In this document: one piece after another, positions 10,691-19,900 of the stretch | Layout of the letters: every line of letters starts with the position of its first letter | How positions within the stretch are numbered: the first letter of the stretch is position 1 | Program-made: the position numbers and the translations under genes | The notes under the pieces: generated by a model | Databases searched by the model: none | Told to the model about the DNA's origin: nothing | The model's input: the letters and a program-made list of their open reading frames with translations, nothing else | Source: Thecamonas trahens ATCC 50062 | Lineage: Eukaryota; Protista; Apusomonadida | Length of the DNA: 64,000 bases | Assembly (NCBI RefSeq): GCF_000142905.1 | Contig: NW_013657652.1 | Location: 186,001-250,000 of the forward strand | Direction: 5' to 3'

Positions 10691-11866
10691 ATGTCGTCCC
10701 ATAGGGCGCCGGTGACTCCGGTCCGGCCCAAAGTACAGAACAAGGTCCAGGTGTGGACGACCGAGGGCTTCAAGGACTACGTCCCACAGCCGTACCGCAG
10801 GCGCAAGGGCTTCGGCACAGCCTCGCCGGCCAACCAGACCTCGCTCAACGTCCTGCTCAACAAGTACATGGATCCTCGGGAGGAGGCTGTAGTGTCTGCC
10901 CGCGAGGCTGTGGTGGCCCAGAAGCGTCTGGCTCGCGCCAAGGCCCACGGCGTGCAGACATCGTCTGTGGGCAAGCTCAATCCCATCACGGCTTGCCCCA
11001 CGCCCGATCCGTACAAGCCCGACTCGCTGAGCCTAGTCCGCGATCCGCCGCGTGCCTCGCGCCTACCGCCGCTCCCACCGGCTGTCCGCTCCCGCGAGCG
11101 TGTCCGCTACAATCCGATCCAGCACCGCTACGCCGAGCCTGATGTTGACGAGCACGTCCGCCGGGCCGAGGCCGAGCGACGCCGCCGCTCTCTCGCTCGC
11201 AAGACCGCCGCCGAGGGCGTGCCGCGCAACCCTCTCACCATGTACACCGCCGACGGTCGCCCGCTCCCGTCGCTCCCGCCGCGCGGCCGCCGCCAGATCC
11301 AGCCTGCCGGCGAGGACTCGTCACGGGTCCTCACTCCGGCTCGCTCACTGCCGCACTCACTCTCGGCCTCTGGCCAGGCCCGCAAGCAGGTTGACGGCTA
11401 CTCGTCGACATCCTCGCGTGCCGGCTACAACATCCTCAAGTACAACGACCGTCCACCGCGCAATCCGGACGCGTACAGTGGCAACCCCAACGGAATCGAG
11501 CCGGTCCACCGAGCGTATGGCGGCAAGGCCAACCGCTCCGGCGTCAAGTTTAACATCCTTGCCTACGGCGACAAGTACCACCGCGCCGTTGCTGACAACA
11601 AGAACGGCGTGCTCTCGCCGACCCGGACCGCCGGCGGCCGTGCAAACATCTCTGGCGCAGACTACAACATCCTCAACGGCACCCCGCTCCCGGCCTCGGC
11701 CTCGCCGTCGCGGACCCGCCCCCCACCGCCCTCCTCGCCGCTCCCGCGCTCAGCCTCTCGCGCCGCACCGCTCCCGCGCCGCCTCGACTTTCCCACCCCA
11801 CGCTCAGAGTCGGCACCGCCCGGCCCAGACCCCCGCGGCTCGCTCTCATGGAACCAGTGGGGCTGA
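10691..11866 (+). CDS. Uncharacterised basic, Pro/Arg-rich protein with repeated (Y/F)N(P/I)(I/L) motifs
   Basis: ATG 10691 after a C-rich leader; motifs LNPIT, YNPIQ, RNPLT, YNILK, FNILA, YNILN. Confidence 0.75.
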   Translation: MSSHRAPVTPVRPKVQNKVQVWTTEGFKDYVPQPYRRRKGFGTASPANQTSLNVLLNKYMDPREEAVVSAREAVVAQKRLARAKAHGVQTSSVGKLNPITACPTPDPYKPDSLSLVRDPPRASRLPPLPPAVRSRERVRYNPIQHRYAEPDVDEHVRRAEAERRRRSLARKTAAEGVPRNPLTMYTADGRPLPSLPPRGRRQIQPAGEDSSRVLTPARSLPHSLSASGQARKQVDGYSSTSSRAGYNILKYNDRPPRNPDAYSGNPNGIEPVHRAYGGKANRSGVKFNILAYGDKYHRAVADNKNGVLSPTRTAGGRANISGADYNILNGTPLPASASPSRTRPPPPSSPLPRSASRAAPLPRRLDFPTPRSESAPPGPDPRGSLSWNQWG

Positions 11867-13472
11867 TCCAGTGAGCGCCGCCACCACATGCCCCGCCCCG
11901 GCCGCGTACGACGCCCGCACCGCCGCCAGCGCGCGGTCGAGCGCGCCGCCCACAACTCAGCGGTGCGCCTCCCTCGTCTGCAGCCTCTCGCGCAAGCCGC
12001 GCCGCCACCGCCATCGCGCTCTCTGTCCCGCGCACCACCTCGGCGTGGTACCGACACACCTCGAGCATGGCCCCGTGGGCCGTCACATGTCCGTCGTCCG
12101 GGTGCTGATCGGGGCATGCCGCGTTGCCGCAGCTGAGCCCGGCGAGCCACGCATCGCACACCGGGTAGTCCGGCTCGATTCGAACTGTAAACGCCGGATG
12201 CAGGACTAGGTGTCGCGGATAGAACGACGCCACCCGCCACGCCCGCACCGTCATCAGCACCGACAGCGGCGTCCGTGGATCAACATCAGCATCGCCGTCG
12301 TCCCATCCAGCGCCACTGGCCAGTGCCCGCGTCCGCGCCAGCGCCTCACGCGCCTCCTGCGTTCGCTGCTGTGCCGCAACTCGCTGAGATTCGGCCGCGT
12401 CCAGCACAGCCTGCGCCCGCCGCACCCGCTTTTCGGCGTCCTTACCGGCCTGCAGCGCGTCGACCAGCTCACGCTGGAGCCGAAAGAGCGTCTCGCTGAG
12501 CGAGACTGCCGCGGCGTCGTCGCCGCTCTCTGACGACCCCGCCGTCGAGTACTCGTCAGCTGAGCTACTTGCGCATACATTCGAGTCGGATTCGGACTCC
12601 TCGGGATACTCGGAGTCTGAGCTGCAGGTGGACGACGACGTCGCGCTAGTCTCCATCGTGCCCGAGCCTGAGCCGTTGTCAACAGCTTGTGCCGCGGTGG
12701 CGGCGGCCCGGCGGCGGAGCAGGGCTTCCTTCCGCTCCAGCAGCATCTTGGTCATAAACTCGCGCTCCATCTCTTCTGCATCGGCAGCTGCACCTGCCGC
12801 CTCGGACACAATCAGCTTCCTCCGCTGCCCTGCCGGCGCCAAGCTCTCGTTGTTGACGTCATCACTATCGGTGCGTCGCCGCTTGCGGCTTGTGTCCTCT
12901 GCCGGAGCGTTTCCACCGGCCAGGATCGACGCCATCACCCGCTGCTGCTCCTCGCGCACCATCTCTTCACGGGGCGTCTGTGGTGGCGGGAGCGGCATTC
13001 TTGGAAGCGGCGGCGGGCCCAGCTGCTGCTGCTGTTGCTGCTGCTGCATGGGCATGGGTGGCCGATGATGGAGCTGCTGCATGGGGTGCTGTTGCATCGG
13101 GTGTGGCCGATTTGGGGGTGGGGGCATCGGGTGCCGGGGCATCCGGCCCGGGTGGTGCGGATGCGGCAGCGGATGCGGCGGCGGGTGCGGCGGCAGCGGC
13201 GGCTGGCCTGGGTGACGAGATGGAGGCGGATGCGTTCGATGCGGGGGTGGGTGCGGGCGCAGTCCGGGACCACTACGGCCGCCCGGAGCGCGAGTGGGCC
13301 ACAGCGGCCTCTGCTCGTGCATGGGCGGAGCATGTGACCCAAGACCAGCTCCTCGACTGCCACGGGGCCTGGCAGCCATATCGTGGATCTGCGTGGCCTG
13401 TACAGTCTGTGCCGCTTGCACTGCCCGACTGCCGTGGCTATGCAACCCATCGCGGCGACCTCGCGGGGCCAT
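11673..13472 (-). CDS. Red1/ZFC3H1-type C3H1 zinc-finger protein; 3' end uncertain (possible frameshift near 11957, alternative stop 11846)
   Basis: TPLSVLMTVRAWR..RIEPDYPVCDAWLAGLSCGNAACPDQH fits the zf-C3H1 context of Red1/ZFC3H1; Pro/Gln-rich N-terminus; coiled coil. Confidence 0.7.
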   Translation of the reverse strand: MAPRGRRDGLHSHGSRAVQAAQTVQATQIHDMAARPRGSRGAGLGSHAPPMHEQRPLWPTRAPGGRSGPGLRPHPPPHRTHPPPSRHPGQPPLPPHPPPHPLPHPHHPGRMPRHPMPPPPNRPHPMQQHPMQQLHHRPPMPMQQQQQQQQLGPPPLPRMPLPPPQTPREEMVREEQQRVMASILAGGNAPAEDTSRKRRRTDSDDVNNESLAPAGQRRKLIVSEAAGAAADAEEMEREFMTKMLLERKEALLRRRAAATAAQAVDNGSGSGTMETSATSSSTCSSDSEYPEESESDSNVCASSSADEYSTAGSSESGDDAAAVSLSETLFRLQRELVDALQAGKDAEKRVRRAQAVLDAAESQRVAAQQRTQEAREALARTRALASGAGWDDGDADVDPRTPLSVLMTVRAWRVASFYPRHLVLHPAFTVRIEPDYPVCDAWLAGLSCGNAACPDQHPDDGHVTAHGAMLEVCRYHAEVVRGTESAMAVAARLAREAADEGGAPLSCGRRARPRAGGGAGVVRGRGGACGGGAHWISPTGSMRASRGGLGRAVPTLSVGWESRGGAGAVRRERLSAGAARRAVGGGSATARPRPGAGCR

Positions 13473-13561
13473 GCCAGCGACAAGGAGAGGCAGCCCAAGC
13501 GAGCTTGCCTCTGGGTATGACTGGTGCGGCTCAAGCGACTTGCAGCAGTCGTTCCTCTACC

Positions 13562-13562
<1 letters not shown>

Positions 13563-13595
<33 letters not shown>
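13563..13595. repeat. (TG)n microsatellite in divergent intergenic region
   Basis: Seen directly. Confidence 0.95.
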
Positions 13596-13596
<1 letters not shown>

Positions 13597-13997
13597 GTGG
13601 CGACCCGCGTGTCCCTGAGCCCTTTACGGTACGGAATGCAAGTCGTGTGGCGGGGCGAGCTGGGCGTCCTCCGGCAACCCACACACAAATTGACACAAAC
13701 TCCGACACCACCGGCAAGGACCGCCAGCAAGCCTCCGCCAGGTTGCCACAAACCCTCCCTTTTTCCATCACGTTGTCCAGATCCCGTCCCGTCCCCTTCG
13801 TCGCCGTCCCCCCCCCCCTCCCTCCTCCTCCCTCCCCTCCTGATCGTACCTTCCCATCGCTTCCATGTCAACCTGTTCTTGCTGCTGAAAGCGTTTGGCT
13901 GCCTGGCTGCAGACAACTTCTCCTCAATCACTCGCCGCCCTCGGCCACACCCGCCTGGACAAGCCCAACCAGACAGCTGTTGACAGCTCGCAGCAGC

Positions 13998-16900
13998 ATG
14001 CACAAGCCATGCGAGGGATACCACGTCTCGCTCACGCCGCTCACGCTCGAGGTACAGGTGTATGAGGTCGATGCTGGCAGAGGACGGCAGGTGGCTGCCG
14101 GCGAGCCGCAGACCGTCACTCTCTCGCCGCTCGCTACCGTACTCTCGGCCTGCAACGAGATGGCTCTTGCGCTTGACGGGGCGGTAGATGGACAGAACTC
14201 GTCGCCGCACTCGCCGTTCCAGGGCTGGGGCCTCTATCGCCTCATTCCGGACACCGACAGGGACAAGGACGCCGACGAGAGCTATGGGCATCTGGACTAC
14301 GAGGCTACGCTCGCCGCCGCAGGCGTCACCACTCACACCTCGCTCGCCTTCCTCTGCCGACGAGTCGTTGTCCCGGTTCGCATCGGGCCAAACGGCCCTC
14401 TGGTCTCGGTCCCCATCGACGAGGCCTGGTCGGTCTATGAGATTGTGGACGAGATCGCCGCCGCCCACGACTCGGTCCTGCACCCAGAGGAGTATTCGTT
14501 TTGTAAGGCCGACGGCCACTGGCTTGTTGGCTCGCTCTCACTCCCAGCTCAGCGCGCCTGGTCGTCGCTTCAGACCTGGCCTGATGCCCCGGCTGAGCTC
14601 GTCCTCACCCGCAAGCTCTACTTTATCGAGGCCCATGCTGAAGCACTCGCCAACCTCGGCCCCGACGCGCCCGACGCCACGCTCCACCTCCTATACCGCG
14701 AAGCGTCGCATCTAGTTACCTCGGGCGCCCTGCCGGTTACCGAGAAGGAGGCTATCCTCCTCGCCGGTCTTGCGCTCCAGATTGCGCACGGCCCGCGCGC
14801 CAACGCGCCACCCGATGCGCTCCCCCAAGAGCCCAAAGATCTTGCTTGCTTCCTCCCGCCTGAGCTGGCAGCAGATGTAGGTGCCAAGCTTGCCCGCAAG
14901 ATTGCCCGCAAGCATGCTACTTTTGCCACTACGCCGAGAGGGCTCGCTCTCTCCAAGTACATCAAGCTTGTGCGGTCGAACCCCAATTACGGCTGGACGT
15001 TCTGGCCCATGAAAGAACGGGTCAAGGCTGGCCGCCGCTTCCGGCTTGTTCCGCGCCTGCTGGGCCTCTCAGGCTCGGGCCTTAAGATTCTCAATGCCAA
15101 GCGGTCGCGCGAGCTTGTGGTTGCCGCCTGGCTCGTCATCGAGTCGGTGTCAGGCAGCGACGTCGGCCTCGGCCCCTCGGTCGTCTTCAACATCAACAAT
15201 CCAAGCTACGCCGACGAGCCGCTGGTTATTGTCGTCGAGTCGGATGCTCATGTCCGTGACATCATTGGTTTCTGCAACGACTATGTCCAATTGGCTACCC
15301 GGCGCTCGCTCGCGTCCGAGCTCGTCCTCACTTCGTGCGCCTCGCTGGCCTCACTCTCGCAGCCGTCGTGGGACGCGCTTGTCGAGCCAACCTCGCGCCG
15401 CGACGCCGACAGCGAGCGCTCCGAGCCAGACCTCGAGGCAAATCATGCACTGCCAACCCACTTTACGCTCAACAGGCTTCGTGGCCTGGACCATGCCGGA
15501 TCGTCAAGCTCGGTCGCTCGGTCGAGCTCGCTCTCCTCGCTTCCAGCGTACGTTTCAGAGCAGTGGGACTCACTCCTCGTTGCACCGCAAGTCGATGCGT
15601 ACACCTCGACGACCTCGCTGTTTACCACGGAGTTTACCACTGGATCAGAAGAGGAGGGCGTTCTCGGCCGCGCGCTGCAACTGCAGAACGCGGCGTCGGC
15701 CTCGACGTTCTTCACCAGTGGCATGTACTTTCTACCGCTGCTCGACGACGCGCCGCCGACGATGGAAAAGTTGCGGCTCTCGGCCAAGGCTTCACTTGCT
15801 GCTGCGCTCAAGCCGTTTTCCGATCTCGCAGCTACTGGGAAGGCGGCTCTTGCGTCGGGTGTCAGCGATGGCGACGAGCCATCCCCCAGCCATGCACTAC
15901 TGGTCATGGCAGCGTCAGGGGAGCTGGCACGTGATGCGCTGGCTTCTCTTGCCCTTGCTCTGCTGGAGCTGGTCATGGCGGCAGCTGGCGATACGACCAA
16001 CTTGCTTCTGCCCGAAGCAGCAGCTGCTTCTGCCGAGCTTGCCTTTGATGCGTTGCACGAGCTTGTGGCGCGTCTGGCTGCTTTTGCAGGCGTGGCCCAC
16101 CTTGTCCGGAGCCAGTTGCCCGATGCTGACGGCGCGTACGCCGAGCTCTGGGTCCCGGCCTCGCAGGCATCAGGTTGGCGAGTCCCGGGAGAGCTGATGC
16201 AAGCAACCGAGCTGCTGGAAGCTGCATCGGCCGCAGTATGCAGCGTGGTTGCCGATGCGAGGGCCGTCCTCATTGCCGCCTCCCACGCCCTGCATCACAT
16301 GGAAGAGCTGGCACCCGAGGCGCCCCCCTCGCGGGCCAACACGGCTGCCGGCGCCGTAGTTGCCGACGCCATCGCCATTCCGGAAGAGCAAACCTCTGCG
16401 CTATTGACAAGCGGCAAGCGTGCTGGCAGCGCGATCGCCAGGCTTGCCACTCTTCTTGGCGTTTCTCCGCTGGCCGCCGACCTTGTCGATGAGCTCGATA
16501 CCCAGGCTCAGGCCTCGAGTGCTGCCGCGTTAGCGCTCACGAATGCGACAGCGCACGACGCGTTTGCGACACTGGCTCGAACTCGGGCGTCATCGCTGCG
16601 AGTCGAGCTCAATGCTTTGCCCGACCTCACGCGCATGCTGCAGCGTTCAGTCGGCATTGTGTCTGCGGCCATCAAGCTCGGCCCGGTCCACCATGTTGTA
16701 GCCGCCAAGATCAAGGTCGCATCAGCGGTGGTCTCATCAACTGTCCGGTCGCTCCCGCATGAGCTGCCGGTGAATGTCCCACCGCTACGAGAGGCGATCA
16801 TCTCGTCGCTGTCGGCATACCAAGCTGCAGTGGACGATGTCCGGCCAAAGGTTCAGCCGCTGACCTTAACCGCCCGGGACGCGTGTCTGGCCCTCATCAA

Positions 16901-19900
16901 CGCATCGGCTGCTGTGCTTGCCGAGCTGCCGCGGCTCGACGGCGACGCTGCCGCGCTGCGCAAGGCCTCGCTTGCGGTTGCAGGCGCCTTGGCGAGTGTC
17001 GGGCACTGTCTCCGCAACGCCATCACTATCCTGGACTCGAATGGCTCTCATCTCGTGTTGCTGAAGCAGCTCTCGGCGGTCTCACGACTGCTGGTCACCG
17101 CCAACGGGCTGGCGTCGCAGCCCGCACCACCAGCTGACCAGATGAGCGAGGTACTTGTTCGTGCAAGTGCGCTGGGCCGCTGGCTGCACCTTGACTGCGA
17201 CTATGTGCTCGCTACCCACGATCTGAAGGAGACACTGGCGGGTTCACTGGTCACCGCGGCGCGGCTGGTGGTGGCCGAGCAGGCCGAGTCAGACATGCAC
17301 ATGACGCTAGGGCGTGACGTCAGCGAGCTCCGGAGCGATCTTGCGCGGCTGGCGCTAGCGCCAAGGTCGATGCGCGCTGCGGACGCACTGTTCTCCAACG
17401 TTTCGCGGTATGTGGCACATGCTTCGGCTGTGGTGGCAGCGGCGGCTGGCGCCCCGACTGCCGAGCTGACTGCGTTCTCGGACTCGCTTGCCAGATTGGC
17501 TGTTCTCCAGCAGGCCGCGGTCCAGCACTCGATGGCAGCCATGATCGCCATGTACATCTCGGACATTGATGCTGCTCGCAACCGGGTTTGCGATGCGCTG
17601 CCGTCTGATGAAGCACTTGACGAGCCACAGACTGCAGGTGGAGAAGGCAGCCCGACGTCTGGTGATATGCCGGCATTCTCCGACTCTTGCAGTTCGGACG
17701 CGTTCTTTGCGTCAGGCTCAGTGGCTGACTTGCTAGAGGCGCTGGCCGAAGCCGAGCCCGGCGTCGATGTACACGACGATGACGAGTTGCTGGGTAGCTC
17801 GACGGCTTCGCTGGGGGCCCAGGCCGACGCGCTCGTTGCCGACATCGACTCGCTCCTCGACCAGCTGGGCGTGGAGTCATTGGCTGAGGCCATGGACGAT
17901 GACAGCGTTGCAATCTCTGGCTCCGGCACGCGGGCAAGCGTGGCAGCGCTGGAGCGTGAGCTGGCGCAGAGCTCGTCGCTGGCCGAGGCCGTGGGGCACT
18001 ACAACGCCACAGTGTCATCTCTGGAGGCGTCAGGGGCGGCGGTGTACGCTGCGGCGCGGCATGTGGCGTCTCTGCCAAACGCTCGTGCACGGGCGTCGTA
18101 CGCGGCGCGGGCGGCAATGGACATCCACAGCGCTGTGGTCGACGCGCGCCTGTTGGTGGCAACGGTCATGGCGATGTGGCCCAAGATCTACTCGCAGCAG
18201 GCGGTGGCGCGACTCAAGAATGTGACGCTCAGGTTCCTGTCGGCGCTAGGTGCTCTCCTCGCTGTTGTGCGCGACCTTGTGTCTGCGGTGGACGGACACG
18301 TAGAGGAGAGGATCGCCGAGTGCAAGGCGGCCATGGCGACGCTCAAGACCGCTCCTCCCGGCCTTGGTATGCTGAGCGTTCTGGCAGACGAGTTGTCGGA
18401 AGCGCTAGACGAGCTCCGCAACCCGGGTGTAGCGAGCAGCGACACCAGCGACGATGGCGCTCGTTCGCTCGACGACATTGTGGATGTTGCCGAGCAAGCT
18501 GTCGACGCTGCACTGCGTGACGGACCGGGCTCGATTCCGCGAGCCCATGGAGGTGGGGGCGAACAGCTCGGAAAGACAACGGCCGAGCAAGGCTTTTCCG
18601 AACTCGAGGCGATTCTTCGCAAGTGTGCCCGGCTGGTCACGGCCACGCTGGACGAGCTCGTCACTCGCCCGGAGACCTCACTCAACGACGTCGAGGCCGG
18701 GGCCCAGCTGGTGGCGCAAGTCATGCGGGCGCTCACGACGTGTGTAGTTGGCCTGCGCGGCACGATCCAGCTCGCGCAAGAGGCCCCGGCGCTACGGGCG
18801 TCGCTAGCGGCGCTGGTGAGCAAGGTTCGCACCAAGGTCGACGACGCGCGCGCGCACGTGCTTGCCGGTAAGGGTGGATTGCCCGGCGAGAGTGTTCGCG
18901 ATAATGCTGGGCCCTGGATGGCAGCGTTTGACGAGTTCTTTGCTGCTTTTGACGCTGCAGTGCTGGCGGCGCAGGGCTCGTCAGGCCAGACCGGGCTTGA
19001 TGTCCAGCGCGCGGTCGAGACTGCAACTGCGGGTGCGGCGCGGTTGGAGATGAGCGAGCTGGGCGAGACGGAGCGCGCGAGCGACAAGAGAGTGGCGAGC
19101 GAACTGCGCAGCGTGCTTGACTCCAGCGAGACGATGCAGGCCACGCTGAACGGGATGATGCCATTGGTGAGTTGGCAGGGCGAGGCGTCGGCGCGATCGG
19201 GGACATGGCCAGGCCTCGACGGCAAGGTTCCCGAGCTTGCTGTCCAGTCTGCGATTGCGCTAGCGAATTGGGTCGAGGGCACGGTGCGGTGTGTTGAAGT
19301 GCTTGGCGGAGTGCCTGCAGGCGTCGCGCCGACGCCGCCGAGCTCACCTGCGGGTGCGCAGGCACCGGCTCCTGCAGTGGTGCCAACTCGGCCCGTGTGG
19401 GAGGCGATTAGCAGCGAGTTCAAGGCGGTGATGGTGGCGCTGACGACACTCAAGGAGCTGGCGGACACGCCCGGGGCGGTGGCGCGGAATGTGCGGGCGG
19501 GTTACACCCAGCTTGTGCTCGCAGTGCGAGACATCTTGCTGGTGCTGAAGGAGGGCGTGGTGACCGACGTGGCCGAGCCGGGATGGCTGGTGAAGAGTGA
19601 AGGCGAGGCCAAGATGCTGCGCAAGGCTGGATCTGCTCTCAAGACTGCAGCGATGAAGGTTGTCAAACATTGTGACACTCAGCTCAAGGCACTGCGACCG
19701 ACCCAGCCAGTGGCTGGTGTTCTCAAAGCCAAGGCGTTCCGCAAGGCATTCAAGGCGACGGTGAGCAAGCTGCTGGCAGTGAAGACGGCGGCCGAGGAGA
19801 TCGAGTGCGTGCCTGCCGTTTCACGCGGCCGGCTTGGCGGGCGGGGGCGGGCAGTGCCCGCCTTTACCAGCGTCACGCAGGTCGGCGAGCGGTTGCTGGC

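Noticed and set aside
13524-13997. N-terminal extension of the talin ORF
   Set aside because: Read-through of (TG)n and poly-C non-coding sequence
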